The notes: generated from the letters alone by a model not told the origin. Positions 26,446 to 40,754 are shown, counted from the first letter of the stretch. The stretch: DNA of 64,000 nt from Haliotis rufescens (GCF_023055435.1 NW_025964383.1:47740001-47804000), one strand, 5' to 3'. A program made the numbers and translations.

Positions 26446-26808
26446 ACACAGGGTATGGTGTACATGCTCTCAACACACTCTCAACACACTCTCAACACAC
26501 TCCCAAGCCATCACTGCTGTCACACCTCAGTCTAACACAGGGTATGGCGTACATGCTCTCAACACACTCTCAAGCCATCACTGCTGTCACACCTCAGTCT
26601 AACACAGGGTATGGTGTACATGCTCTCAACACACTCTCAAGCCATCACTGCTGTCACACCTCAGTCTAACACAGGGTATGGTGTACATGCTCTCAACACA
26701 CTCTCAAGCCATCACTGCTGTCACACCTCAGTCTAACACAGGGTATGGCGTACATGCTCTCAACACACTCTCAAGCCATCACTGCTGTCACACCTCAGTC
26801 TAACACAG
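26446..26808. repeat. Minisatellite, 67-bp unit x ~5
   Basis: Unit acacagggtatggtgtacatgctctcaacacactctcaagccatcactgctgtcacacctcagtcta. Confidence 0.92.
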
Positions 26809-26834
26809 ACCCAGGTAAACTGTGTGTCCTAGTC

Positions 26835-28400
26835 AGGGAGGATGACAGGGGTGGATTGACTGAGACAAGGAAGATGGGGTGGATTGACAGAGACAAGGAA
26901 GACAGGGGTGGATTGACTGAGACAAGGAAGATATGGTGGATTGACTGAGACAAGGAAGATAGGGTGGATTGACTGAGACAAGGAAGATGGGGTGGATTGA
27001 CTGAGACAAGGAAGATGGGGTGGATTGACTGAGACAAGGAAGATGGGGTGGATTGACTAAGGAAGATAGGGTGGATTGACTGAGACAAGGAAGATGGGGT
27101 GGATTGACTGAGACAAGGAAGATGGGGTGGATTGACTGAGACAAGGAAGATGGGGTGGATTGACTGAGACAAGGAAGATAGGGTGGATTGACTGAGACAA
27201 GGAAGATAGGGTGGATTGACTGAGACAAGGAAGATAGGGTGGATTGACTGAGACAAGGAAGATAGGGTGGATTGACTGAGACAAGGAAGATGGGGTGGAT
27301 TGACTGAGACAAGGAAGATGGGGTGGATTGACTGAGACAAGGAAGATGGGGTGGATTGACTGAGACAAGGAAGATGGGGTGGATTGACTGAGACAAGGAA
27401 GATAGGGTGGATTGACTGAGACAAGGAAGATGGGGTGGATTGACTGAGACAAGGAAGATGGGGGTGGATTAACTGAGACAAGGAAGACAGGGATGGATTT
27501 ATTGAGACAAGGAAGATGGGGGTGGATTGACTGAGACAAGGAAGATGGGGTGGATTGACTGAGACAAGGAAGATGGGGGTGGATTAACTGAGACGAGGAC
27601 GACAGGGATGGATTGACTGAGACAAGGAAGATGGGGATGGATTAACTGAGACAAGGAAGATAGGGTGGATTGACTGAGACAAGGAAGATGGGGATGGATT
27701 AACTGAGACAAGGAAGATGGGGTGGATTGACTGAGACAAGGAAGATGGGGGTGGATTAACTGAGACGAGGACGACAGGGATGGATTTATTGAGACAAGGA
27801 AGATGGGGGTGGATTGACTGAGACGAGGACGACAGGGATGGATTTATTGAGACAAGGAAGATGGGGTGGATTGACTGAGACAAGGAAGATGGGGGTGGAT
27901 TGACTGAGACGAGGACGACAGGGATGGATTTATTGAGACAAGGAAGATGGGGGTGGATTGACTGAGACAAGGAAGATGGGGATGGATTGACTGAGACGAG
28001 GATGACAGGGATGGATTTATTGAGACAAGGACGATGGGGGTGGATTGACTGAGACGAGGACGACAGGGATGGATTTATTGAGACAAGGAAGATGGGGGTG
28101 GATTAACTGAGACGAGGACGACAGGGATGGATTTATTGAGACAAGGAAGATGGGGGTGGATTAACTGAGACGAGGACGACAGGGATGGATTTATTGAGAC
28201 AAGGAAGATGGGGGTGGATTAACTGAGACGAGGACGACAGGGATGGATTTATTGAGACAAGGAAGATGGGGGTGGATTAACTGAGTCGAGGAAGACAGGG
28301 GTGGATTGACTGAGACGAGGAAGATGGGGGTGGATTGACTGAGACAAGGAAGACAGGGGTGGATTGACTGAGACGAGGAAGATGGGGGTGGATTGACTGG
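26835..28400. repeat. Purine-rich minisatellite, 28-29-bp unit x ~55
   Basis: Unit gagacaaggaagatggggtggattgact. The 3' part alternates two variants. Confidence 0.95.
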
Positions 28401-30841
28401 ATACTGACTGACTTAGATGGGGTAGATTGTAAGATAGTTAAGGTTGGTGTAGAGGGACTGCTACTGACGAGGGGGAGGAAACAGAACTGGTGGGAGGCAG
28501 GTAAAAGGAGGGGGAAAGTGTCCCTCCCCAGACCATCTGGTCCCAAGTCACAGGTGCAGGAGGCAAATGGTGGAGAGAGGGATGTGTGGAGCTAGGAGGG
28601 ATGGGTAATGTGGACAATAGAGGCTAGGTCGGGCTGATGTTTATTATATTATTAGAGTGAACGGTTGACTTAGTTTTATGTATTGTTGTCAGCTCATACG
28701 TTTCTGACATGTTTGTTGGAGGCCTTGCAATCACTTGAAATATTCAACACTTATTTTCATGAATGAGCTGGGCCCTGACTTAAATGATATATTAATGTAG
28801 TTAAGCTGTGCTCTTTATGTCCCTGAGTTTAAAATTGAGATAAATTATTTTGTAGCACGGCCACTTTGCATATAAATATTTTGATACTGAATAGGTTGTT
28901 TGTTCAGGAGGTTATTTTTAACAAGAATATGGTAAAATGTGGTAAGATGTGCCAGCCGGAAGCCTTTCAGGATAGGGACATAGTCGGGGAAGCAGGGGAC
29001 TTTCCTTTGACATACACAAGTTCTGAAGTCATACATCACCCACACCAGCCCAGTGTACTCAAGCTAAGCAAGAGTCGCCGTGTGACTGACAGATATTAAC
29101 ATAAGAGTATGTTTACTGAAATAGACATGCTATTTATGTGGTAGGACAGCTGTAGACGGACAGCTGTATGCATTGTGCTGTTGTTTGACCACCGAATCCC
29201 TGCAACAATCTGTCTAAGGTCAATTCAATCCCTGCCCGCCTCACCCATAAAGTACATTGTCAGACATTGTGTGCTGAGTAAGTCGGCAGTGCTTCTCAAT
29301 GAGCCCCATACAAAACATCACCGATTTATGAGGAGGGTATCGCTGGCATGTCCATGGCGCTATTGACGCTGCTATTGATGACAGGTCTGTAGCGAATGCT
29401 GGTGGGTAACTAATGGACAGTTTATGCTGGGTATGAATACTTGATAGCTTGACGGAGAAGATGTGGTGATGGTGCAGGTTTAGACACCTCAAGTGTGCCT
29501 CTTGTCAAGGGAGAAATTAAGAGCACATGGGATACTGGACAGGCTTTGGGATCTTGAGGGGTGAGGCGTGGGGGGGGCGATGCTAGGGGGTGAGGCATGG
29601 GGGCGATATCAAGGGGTAATGCGTTGGGGCGATGCAAGGGCATGAGGCGTGAGGGCACACGATGTTGGAAGGAGAGGGGCTCAGTGATGAGTAACAACTG
29701 ATTCTATGGATCAAGGGTGGGTGGGGTGGGACACCAGTGATGTAGACGAGTCAAGATTATGATCTTTATCAGTAGTGATCCGGAAATGTCCTGGGATGGG
29801 GCACACGATGTGGGAAGGAGAGGAGACCAGTGATGGTGTATGGAGGACACAGGATCCGTTACTGTGACTTTACGGGTGTCTGATCACGATCACAGCTGTC
29901 TCCCGCGGGAGGGGGGGTGGGTGCAGTTGTTGATGGGGCAGTCGCTCCTCTCACTGCCGCCAGGAGGTCCCGACCTCTAGCTCATGTCGTTTTGGTGGAG
30001 GTCATTAAGCATGTATACATCGTCCACAGGAGCAATTAGATCTATTACCCAGTGGTGTTTGCAGGCAACTAAGCAGTAGGGCGCAATTCAGGTGTGGGTG
30101 GTAAACTCTCTGGACACAGTGACCTGGAACAATCTCAGTGGTCAAGGCTTGGTGACTCTGTTAGGGCAGTGATTAGGGGTGGGTAGCCATAAAGATGGAT
30201 CAGTGGACACAGTGACCCCTACCAGGAGTGGACACTGGTCAAGGCTTGGTCCCGCAGGGTCGGGGAGTGATGAGGACAGGAATGTGAGATATTGTTCTTC
30301 CACATGGCAGACCATCTGTTGTTCTTGACTTGGCGGACATATTGGCTGTCACCTGCTTCCTGTCTCGACATGTCCAAATCAAACACCTCACTTCCCGCCA
30401 ATTGATCTTATTTTCATCTTAATTCATGAGCTGTGAGGCTGGCTTTACGATCATCGTCATATTTGTTCTTGGACCGATGTGCTAATTCTGTAGTGTCACA
30501 GTTACTGTATTGGCAGACGTCAGCTGCTGGTACATCTCATTGTTAATGTGGTCGTTATTATTAATAACGCGTGTCTCCTGTTTCAGCCCATCAAAAAGTG
30601 AAATATTGGGCTTCTTTTGTCTATTTGAAAAGTTGTAGTTTACAGTTAGTCAGTAAAAGCCTACTTTCAATTGACAATTTTGAAGTTAATGACTGGTTTG
30701 TCAATAGTGAAATGAACTATAATATTGTACATTAAGCATGATGAGTATTGTGTCAGGTCATGGTTCCAGATGAGTCGGCCGGGAACGGGGGAACATATTG
30801 TATTGGTCTTGTCACTTATACATCAATGTTATACATACAAA

Positions 30842-31468
30842 CTGTAAATCGGGAAATTAATGCGTCTCCAAAAGAATGCGAACGCTGGCCCCTTGCCAAA
30901 AATGCGACTCAATATGAATGCGACACCCCCTCCTATCAAGCATCAGTGGATATGTTATCTAAAGAAAACGTCCTCTGTCAGGTTTACTGGAAAATCCTCA
31001 GCTTAATCCAACCTTACATTAATCCTATCACACACCAAATAGAACTGCTTATTAGCGCTGAGTAGTGTACATCCGCTAAAACAATGCATGCGCGCTGGCT
31101 CGTGTCGGCCTTTGGCGCAGTAGCAAAGAACAAAGAAACTGTGTTGCGTGGGTGGCGTCTGTCTGGACTTGCAGGTGTGATCAGTGATGACATAAGTTAG
31201 TAGAACTCTTGTCATGACGCCAGCAGTGACAATTCACAGGATGTAATGAGTGTTTGAATGACATTGTTTATATACTTGTTACAAGTGCTGCTCAATAAAC
31301 AGTGATGTGGAAAACATAGTTGTTTGTTTTCAGCGTATGTCTAAGTTGGTATTTCTGCTAAACAAAATGTCTTATTGATGATATAAATGCGATGTTTAAT
31401 AATGCGAGCCAAGACCACTCACATTTTTCGCATTTAGTTCACGTTCGCATTAATTTCAAGATTTACAG
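30842..31468. mobile_element. Non-autonomous DNA transposon (Tc1/mariner-like), ~627 bp
   Basis: Left CTGTAAATCGGGAAATTAATGCG and right CGCATTAATTTCAAGATTTACAG|TA form ~23-bp TIRs, with subterminal AATGCG repeats. Confidence 0.7.
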
Positions 31469-31591
31469 TATATTGTCCATGGAGGCAATTTGCAGTAATA
31501 ATCGTGAATCTTGAATCAATACATTTTCTATGGGGATGTAGGTGGATGTAGGTTAGACATCAAACATGTAACATGAAATACACACATACAG

Positions 31592-31938
31592 CCTGGGTAG
31601 ATGGGCTGGGTGGATGGGCTGGTAGGTGGGCTGGTAGATGGGCTGGGTAGATGGTCTGGGTGGATGGGCTGGGTGGATGGGCTGGGTAGGTGGGCTGGGT
31701 GGGTGGGCTGGGTGGATGGGCTGGGTGGATGGGCTGGGTGGGTGGGCTGGGTGGATGGGCTGGGTGGATGGGCTGGGTAGATGGGCTGGGTGGATGGGCT
31801 GGGTGGGTGGGCTGGGTGGATGGGCTGGGTAGATGGTCTGGGTGGATGGGCTGGGTGGGTGGGCTGGGTGGATGGGCTGGGTGGATGGGCTGGGTAGATG
31901 GTCTGGGTGGATGGGCTGGGTGGATGGGCTGGGTGGAT
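31592..31938 (+). repeat. G-rich 13-bp minisatellite (GGGCTGGGTGGAT)n
   Basis: Seen directly. Continuous G3 tracts with 1-5 nt spacers. Confidence 0.92.
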
Positions 31939-32816
31939 CGGCTTGGTATGTCGGCGTGGTACATCAGCTTGGTAGATGGGCTGCAGATGTCTACTCCTGG
32001 GGAAGTAAACTCCTTTTTTTAAGATTCAGTACTTGACAATAAATCAGCAGAACTGAAGTCAAGGATCTCCTGGATAATGCACCTAGTTTGAGAATGTTTA
32101 AATCAATCTCTTGTACATTATCTCACCAGTAAATTATGCACTGGAGCTTAGAATGTTATCACACTGAAATGTGAATGTAACGTGAATTCCATTTGGATTC
32201 AACGAGTTTAAGATGTGCACCAAATTAGGGTTGTTTGATAATGGGTGAGAGTCTGCCACCACCTGTTTAATGGGCTGTTGTCACACACTGAAATATACCA
32301 CACTCATCAACACTGGCCCGCCCTCAACATTGTGGAAATATTGCAATTAACAACAGTGAAACCCAGACCTTGTACTTAGCATGTAACCCTTGAAATGAAT
32401 GTGACAAGTAGATTGTAATGGTCTGCCTAATCTATTCACCGGCTCCCTAGGCATCCATTCGTCCTTTCTCCCATCACTCACTCCAAGTCACAGGTGGTGT
32501 AATTACTGTGATAACAGCCGACAAATGACGGACATGAGGTCCAGGTTGGCGGCAGCAGCATCCGTCATCTTCCTCCTCACCTCCATCTGATGCTGACCAC
32601 ATGGCGCTCTGTCGCCAAGGTAACCTGTATCAGGAGGCGGTAATTGGCTGTTGTCACTGTCAATTATAGGTAATTCGGTGTCAATCATAAACATGTTGTT
32701 TCCTCAAACATAAGTACTTCTGTGACAAATGTATTGTGAGTGACAAACTTGTGCTTTGTGTCGAGCATGTTTCTTTAGGGTAGATAGCATTTAGTGTCAG
32801 ATCTCTTGTCTGTCAC

Positions 32817-33062
32817 ACAGACTCTGAAACAAATATATCCAATACAGCCCATGCTAGTCTATAATGTTTGGCGAGTCTAGATTTCTGCAGTATCGACTCC
32901 TTTTTATAACATTTTACTACTATAAGGCTAAAAAAATTAATAATTGGTTCTCAGGCAAGGGCTTTTGAAAATATAGTGTGCCTGAGAACCAAGACTTATT
33001 TTTTCTAGCCTAATATAACAACTTTATTTTTGTACGATATGTCCATTTCAGAGACTTGATGT
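32817..33062 (+). repeat. Interspersed repeat family D containing a small hairpin MITE (32925-33011)
   Basis: Flanks match 47070-47250. Internal inverted repeat AGGCTAAAAAAATTAA..TTGGTTCTCAGGCA / TGCCTGAGAACCAA..TTATTTTTTCTAGCCT. Confidence 0.65.
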
Positions 33063-33814
33063 TAGTCTATCAGATATGGTCAACTGATGCCAACTGATAG
33101 TGATGAAAGTCCTCCATCACATACACAATCTCACAAGGAATGGATTTAAAGTTAATAGTTTTCATTAGAAACATACATTTGTGCTGTGTCAGTATTTCTT
33201 GAATTTTTGTCTTCAAAATATTTTTGCCCTTTGTCCTTGATTTAGAAATAACTGTGGATTATATGGTGTGAGATGTTTTTTAGACCTGTTACACAGGGAG
33301 TGTTTGTTTGACAGAGGTATTCCTCCCCGTGGTATCACTTCTAATTTAAGAATGTTAGACATTTTGTTAGTGTTGGTGTGAAATCCGGATGATATAATAA
33401 TTGGCGTGAAATAAGCTCTTAGCCAACACAGACGGAATGACACAACTCTCTCTCGTTTCACACCCTCCCATGCCAAAACTGAGAGCAAAAAATCCCTTGT
33501 TTGCATACATTTGGCCTCAAAGGAAACGTTTACGATGTGATCCTTTAAAATCGGCAGTCAAACAAGTCTCATAGAGTAGGTGGCGAAAAGGCCCCTCACT
33601 CGCTGAACCGACTTGATGGATTTGTTGTTGGCTGAGCAGAGTTCAAATATTGACCAAGGACTTTAGAATATCGGCAAGGTTTCGCTCCCTGACGCTGTCC
33701 AAGTCTCTCCATGTTCAAGTCAGTTTAGTCTCCTTGTGATGGGGGAATCTTAAAGTGAATTTGTGAAATCAACAAAAAAAACTGTGTTGAGAATAGTTTG
33801 GCTGTCCAGGTGCT

Positions 33815-34629
33815 GTCTGGCCCATGACATGCACTTGGGTCGGGGGAGACAGGCAGCAACATTGACTCCTACATATCTGGCCCATGACATGCACTAGGTC
33901 GGGGGAGGCAGGCAGCAACATTGACTCCTACATATCTGGCCCATGACATGCACTAGGTCGGGGGAGGCAGGCAGCAACATTGACTCCTACATGTCTGGCC
34001 CATGACATGCACTAGGTCGGGGGAGGCAGGCAGCAACATTGACTCCTACATATCTGGCCCATGACATGCACTAGGTCGGGGGAGGCAGGCAGCAACATTG
34101 ACTCCTACATATCTGGCCCATGACATGCACTAGGTCGGGGGAGGCAGGCAGCAACATTGACTCCTACATGTCTGGCCCATGACATGCACTAGGTCGGGGG
34201 AGGCAGGCAGCAACATTGACTCCTACATGTCTGGCCCATGACATGCACTAGGTCGGGGGAGGCAGGCAGCAACATTGACTCCTACATATCTGGCCCATGA
34301 CATGCACTAGGTCGGGGGAGGCAGGCAGCAACATTGACTCCTACATGTCTGGCCCATGACATGCACTAGGTCGGGGGAGGCAGGCAGCAACATTGACTCC
34401 TACATGTCTGGCCCATGACATGCACTAGGTCGGGGGAGGCAGGCAGCAACATTGACTCCTACATATCTGGCCCATGACATGCACTAGGTCGGGGGAGGCA
34501 GGCAGCAACATTGACTCCTACATGTCTGGCCCATGACATGCACTAGGTCGGGGGAGGCAGGCAGCAACATTGACTCCTACATATCTGGCCCATGACATGC
34601 ACTAGGTCGGGGGAGGCAGGCAGCAACAT
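33815..34629. repeat. Minisatellite, 59-bp unit x ~14
   Basis: Unit tctggcccatgacatgcactaggtcgggggaggcaggcagcaacattgactcctacata. Confidence 0.95.
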
Positions 34630-34632
34630 GTG

Positions 34633-34817
34633 TCCTGTCGTTAGAGCCGTGTCCACATAGATAGTAGTGTCCAGATGTCCCCCGCAGGCCTCCATACATT
34701 TTCCTCCTGTCGTCAGAGCCGTGTCCACATAGATAGCAGTGTTCAGATGTCCCCTGCAGGCCTCCATACATTTTCCTCCTGTCGTCAGAGCCATGTCCAC
34801 ATATATAGCAGTGTCCA
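34633..34817. repeat. Tandem repeat, ~72 bp x 2.5
   Basis: tcctgtcgtcagagccgtgtccacatagatagcagtgt...ggcctccatacattttcc repeated. Confidence 0.8.
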
Positions 34818-36130
34818 TGCAGCAGCACCACATACACGAACTCCCGGACATGTTCCACTGGGCCTCCCTCAAGGAGATATGTGGGCAGTGATATCTGATT
34901 AGCCCAAGCACCCTGTTTGCTAGTGTTCACATTGTACACAACCTCACGCTGTCATGGGTATTCACGGCCTTGCATTAGTTGATACCACACGCTGACATAT
35001 GATCTCGTTGATTTCAGTTTTGTTTGATATAGACAAGTGGGCTGCCATGTAGATTTCATTGTGATAAATATTCACCATTGTCTGGGGCTAATATTCAGGT
35101 TTATGGTTTCAAATATTCGGGATGGATCTAACAGACTCCAATGTTGAAATATTGTAGATGGATCTCAAACAGACTCGGATGTTGAAATAATGCCCGCACC
35201 ACAGAAGAGGCGGCCATGATTCTCCATTATGCCATTTCAGTCGCTACATCAAATTGACTGAAAACCAATTTAAAAAAATGGAATTATGTCTAGGTTTGAA
35301 GGGAATATTGTTCGATACATTATCCTGTATTTGCCTGAACATCATATCGGGTGTAGAAGAAAAAGTCCTGAAATCAAACTATTTCTTGCTTTCTGATTAG
35401 CAAAACAATATTTTGAAATTTGATTTACTGCTGATGTAGATCTTCTTTGAAAGGATTTTTCCAATTGGCTTTGATTTTCAAGATCATCAGTTTTGTAATT
35501 TGAAAACTCTGGTATCCATGGTAACCATGCCTGCAGTTATTGTGGTTTTATGTCTGTTGTTCAGCGCCAACTTTTTCTGCAAGAGCCATCTGCTGTTCCA
35601 GTCTTGAGGAGGATGTTTTTTGCATTTTTTAGCCGGCAGTGTACACTGGTATCATTTGATATTTCTTCACATGAAGCCGTGCAACAGAATAAAGTAGGAT
35701 CCACGTCAAACTCACACCTCAAATCTGGGTTCATGAACAGAGACACATACCAGTAGGTGTCTTGATCATTTAGAAAATGTTGTTCAATTAACTGACTTGA
35801 TTGTTAGCTGTCCCGTGGAACGGAATGAGACAGTGAAGGACTCTGGGAATTTGTTCATTACCAGAGTTGCGAGATGGGTTGTAGATATAGTGTGTACGTT
35901 TGGGTAACAGATTTGCTGACTCAGGGTCTACCGGTGCGAGCTAGTCTGTGGGAACGAAACATTTGGATTAGCTAGATTATCTGTACCGAGGACTATAGAT
36001 TACGTGTACCGACAACAATGGGTCGCTCAGTTGACAGAACATCACACCTTATCATGCATTGCTCAGCTGTTGAGATTGTGCCGGCCTGTGTGCTGCTCTA
36101 CACATGCAGGCCAGGGACAGTCATAAACCT

Positions 36131-36440
36131 TGTAGGCTGTAGGCTGTGCTGTATGTGTGACCCATTTCTCCAGTCATGTAGGCTGTAGGCAGCACTGTAT
36201 GTGTGACCCATTTCTCCAGTCATGTAGGCTGTAGGCTGTGCTGTATGTGTGACCCATTTCTCCAGTCATGTAGGCTGTGGGCTGTGCTGTATGTGTGACC
36301 CATTTCTCCAGTCATGTAGGCTGTAGGCTGTAGGCTGTGCTGTATGTGTGACCCATTTCTCCAGTCATGTAGGCTGTGGGCTGTGCTGTGTGTGAAACCC
36401 ATTTCTCCAGTCATGTAGGCTGTAGGCTGTGCTGTATGTG
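36131..36440. repeat. Minisatellite, ~46-53 bp x ~6
   Basis: Unit tgtaggctgtaggctgtgctgtatgtgtgacccatttctccagtca. Confidence 0.88.
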
Positions 36441-36630
36441 GAACCAGTTACTTCAGAGATGACGTCATTGTATTGCACATGTTGTTGAAGGAATTAAAAC
36501 CTGGTAATTTTCAAACGTTTTTTTGTGCACCTCCATCTTTCACCCTTGTCATGCACCTCCCATCTTTCACCCTCGTCACTTGCCTCCATCCTGTTATCAT
36601 GGAACTGTTCTGGGTGAACAATACCTTCCA

Positions 36631-37140
36631 TATCATACACCTCGTCACTTGCTTCCATCCTGTACCCTGTCATGCAACCTCATCATACACCTCGTCACTT
36701 GCTTCCATCCTGTAACCTGTCATGCAACCTCATCATACACCTTGTCACTTGCTTCCATCCTGTACCCTGTCATGCAACCTCATCATACACCTCGTCACTG
36801 CTTCCATCCTGTACCCTGTCATGCAACCTCATCATACACCTCGTCACTTGCTTCCATCCTGTACCCTGTCATGCAACCTCATCATACACCTCGTCACTTG
36901 CTTCCATCCTGTACCCTGTCATGCAACCTCATCATACACCTCGTCACTTGCTTCCATCCTGTACCCTGTCATGCAACCTCATCATACACCTCGTCACTTG
37001 CTTCCATCCTGTACCCTGTCATGCAACCTCATCATACACCTCGTCACTTGCTTCCATCCTGTACCCTGTCATGCAACCTCATCATACACCTCGTCACTTC
37101 CATCCTGTACCGTGTTATGCAACCTCATCATACACCTCGT
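36631..37140. repeat. Minisatellite, 50-bp unit x ~10
   Basis: Unit catcatacacctcgtcacttgcttccatcctgtaccctgtcatgcaacct. Confidence 0.93.
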
Positions 37141-38347
37141 TTCTGCATCCCAGTCTTCCACTTCTCTACTCTCACTGAATAGCTGCAGCTCATGTAGAAA
37201 TACGGCTAAAAACGTTGCCGTGTCTCTTGTTGATACTGACAGCGTAGATTGATGGTCGGAAGTCAGGATCACATACAAAGGGCAGCTCCATGAAGATAGG
37301 GGAGGCCGGCGAGGTCATGGTGCACTGTTTGGGTTTTTACCACCATGTATCAGCATTGATTTTTACAGGACGGCTGACCAGGATTGTATTGCCGAGGATC
37401 ATTAGGTGGAGGGAATTTGTTGATTTCTGATTGAAGTTGGATTTTCGCCAATGCTTCATATAAAATTTTATTGCATATCATTTGAAGGATGAGATATGAG
37501 TAAGTAAATGAGACGTCCTTTGATGTTGTGAAATGATGTAAATAAGATGCAGAGGTTTTAGAACATGGTTGAAAATGCTGATTGCCTTCTTGACTAATGG
37601 TATAATGCAGAATTGACGGAATCTGTTTTCTTAATGATGAAAATCAATTCAGAACCATGTTGGGAGGAAATTTGCTAATAAGATTTTTCGGGAGAAAAAT
37701 GATTAAGAAATAAAAAGCAAAATTTGGATATTGAAAGGTGATTGGTCTGAGTGGTATCTCAGCCTGATGTGCTTGTGGATGAGTGAGATGTCAGTTTCTG
37801 GCAGATCATCCTCTGCCTGGCTTCATGTATATTCATGGTGTGGAGTGTTATATGGATGTCTAGAGTGTCGGGAGGGAGGGCATCCATCGTGTGACGGCCA
37901 CTTCTGTCTGCTACAAGTGTAGGGTGTCAAGTCATGAATGTCTAACATGGCCAGGACACTGTGGTCAGTTGCTGGACACACACACTTCATCATGTCCCCG
38001 AGGTCAGATGACAAGGCTGGACGTGCATGTATATTTTATGCTAGACATTGTTGTTGTTTGAATGCTGACAGCTATTTGGCTGTATGAGGCAGATTATCTC
38101 CAGGAGATTGATCTGTCTGTCCCTGTTTTTCACAAGCCAGTCAGCACTGACAGAGCTCATCTGTTTCACTGCCTTGAGGTGTTGATGACATGTTCACGTT
38201 GAATAGCTCATGTATATTTCAGGGTACTGGCCAATCAACAGTCACATTACTGCTATATGAACAATGTGATTCTGTGACAGATGAAGTTGTCTGGGGAATG
38301 TCAGTGCAGTACATGTCTTGTTTGTTTGATCTTGCCCCCCTCCCCCC

Positions 38348-38646
38348 CACACACACTCACACACACACACACACACACACTCACACACACTCACACACAC
38401 ACACTCACACACATCACCAAATACCAGGGGTATTCAGATTCAGTACACACACACACACACACACACATATCACCAATANNNNNNNNNNNNNNNNNNNNNN
38501 NNNNNNNNNNNNNNNNNNNNNNNNNNNNNNNNNNNNNNNNNNNNNNNNNNNNNNNNNNNNNNNNNNNNNNNNNNNNNNNNNNNNNNNNNNNNNNNNNNNN
38601 NNNNNNNNNNNNNNNNNNNNNNNNNNNNNNNNNNNNNTTCAGATTC

Positions 38647-38694
<48 letters not shown>

Positions 38695-38722
38695 TATCAC
38701 CAATACCAGGGGTGTTCAGTAC
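38348..38722. repeat. (CA)n-containing compound repeat spanning an assembly gap (N 38479-38637)
   Basis: ttcagattcagta(ca)n..atatcaccaata occurs on both sides of the N run. Confidence 0.85.
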
Positions 38723-38893
38723 CGGCACACGTACCACCACTACCAGGGCTGTTCAGTAATATGAAAGAATATGGGTGTCCTTTAGCTTCTTTAGTAATAT
38801 ATGAAGATTGTGACATGTTTTTTCCCCATCACAACTGGTCTGCCTGTGATTCAGGGGCTGGGATTGGCCCACTCTGGGCTCTGGTTTCAGTGC

Positions 38894-40016
38894 CACATGG
38901 GCAGCTCATCTGGAGGCCCAGCCATGCTGATGACATTGGGGCCGTGTTGCTACACATGGGCAGCTCATCTGGAGGCCCAGCCATGCTGATGACATTGGGG
39001 CCGTGTTGCTACACATGGGCAGCTCATCTGGAGGCCCAGCCATGCTGATGACATTGGGGCCGTGTTGCTACACATGGGCAGCTCATCTGGAGGCCCAGCC
39101 ATGCTGATGACATTGGGGCCGTGTTGCTACACATGGGCAGCTCATCTGGAGGCCCAGCCATGCTGATGACATTGGGGCCGTGTTGCTACACAATGGCAGC
39201 TCATCTGGAGGCCCAGCCATGCTGATGACATTGGGGCCGTGTTGCTACACAATGGCAGCTCATCTGGAGGCCCAGCCATGCTGATGACATTGGGGCCGTG
39301 TTGCTACACATGGGCAGCTCATCTGGAGGCCCAGCCATGCTGATGACATTGGGGCCGTGTTGCTACACATGGGCAGCTCATCTGGAGGCCCAGCCATGCT
39401 GATGACATTGGGGCCGTGTTGCTACACAATGGCAGCTCATCTGGAGGCCCAGCCATGCTGATGACATTGGGGCCGTGTTGCTACACAATGGCAGCTCATC
39501 TGGAGGCCCAGCCATGCTGATGACATTGGGGCCGTGTTGCTACACATGGGCAGCTCATCTGGAGGCCCAGCCATGCTGATGACATTGGGGCCGTGTTGCT
39601 ACACATGGGCAGCTCATCTGGAGGCCCAGCCATGCTGATGACATTGGGGCCGTGTTGCTACACATGGGCAGCTCATCTGGAGGCCCAGCCATGCTGATGA
39701 CATTGGGGCCGTGTTGCTACACATGGGCAGCTCATCTGGAGGCCCAGCCATGCTGATGACATTGGGGCCGTGTTGCTACACATGGGCAGCTCATCTGGAG
39801 GCCCAGCCATGCTGATGACATTGGGGCCGTGTTGCTACACATGGGCAGCTCATCTGGAGGCCCAGCCATGCTGATGACATTGGGGCCGTGTTGCTACACA
39901 TGGGCAGCTCATCTGGAGGCCCAGCCATGCTGATGACATTGGGGCCGTGTTGCTACACATGGGCAGCTCATCTGGAGGCCCAGCCATGCTGATGACATTG
40001 GGGCTGTGTTGCTACA
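38894..40016. repeat. Minisatellite, 59-bp unit x ~19, nearly homogeneous
   Basis: Unit acacatgggcagctcatctggaggcccagccatgctgatgacattggggccgtgttgct. Confidence 0.95.
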
Positions 40017-40371
40017 AGTAGTGTACCCTTGTACATTACCCAGGGTGTCAGCACCAGCGCATATATAGTCAACAACATGGCAACTGTTGGCCAATATATC
40101 AAACAATAGGAAAAGGTGGGATATAATTGGACAGTGTGCTGGGCGAGTGGATACTCAGCACATCGCTCTTACACTTGACCCGATCAAGGCTGAGTTGGTA
40201 AACTATGATCAAAGGTGTTGAGTGACTTGTCAACACTGACACTGCATGTATATTTCATGGACATTAATATCAACCATCAATTTCTGGGCCCTGCGAGTCC
40301 CGTTGGAGTCTATTGACATGGATCTTGTTAACTGCTGGTGCTTCTCACTGTGTGGGAGGAGGTGCTGTCGA

Positions 40372-40500
40372 GGAGCCTAGTGGTTAAAGCGTTCGCTCAT
40401 CACGCAGAAGACCCGGTTCGATTCCTGACATGGGTACAATATGTGAAGCCCATTTCTAGTGTCCCCACCATGATATTGCTGAATGGCATAAAATCATTCA
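40372..40500 (+). mobile_element. tRNA-Asp-like short SINE family B
   Basis: agcctagtggttaaagcgttcgctcatcacgcagaagacccggttcgattcctgacatgggtacaat, with A and B boxes. Confidence 0.72.
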
Positions 40501-40754
40501 TGTTTGTTGTGAATGCTGATTTGTGAAGGCGGATTTAGTGACTGATGGTTTAGTTTTCTGCTCATGATGTCAACCACTGGTGTGGCTCACTGATTCACTC
40601 AGTATGACAAGAATCTTAGCCAATGTTGCAGGAGACTATTGGAGGACTCGAGATGTTTGTAGCATGGGTTTGATCTGAAAGGCAATTAGAAGGACAGGTC
40701 TTATAGAGAACTGCTGTCCCTTGATAACTTCATTACGAGCCTCAGCATGTGAGT

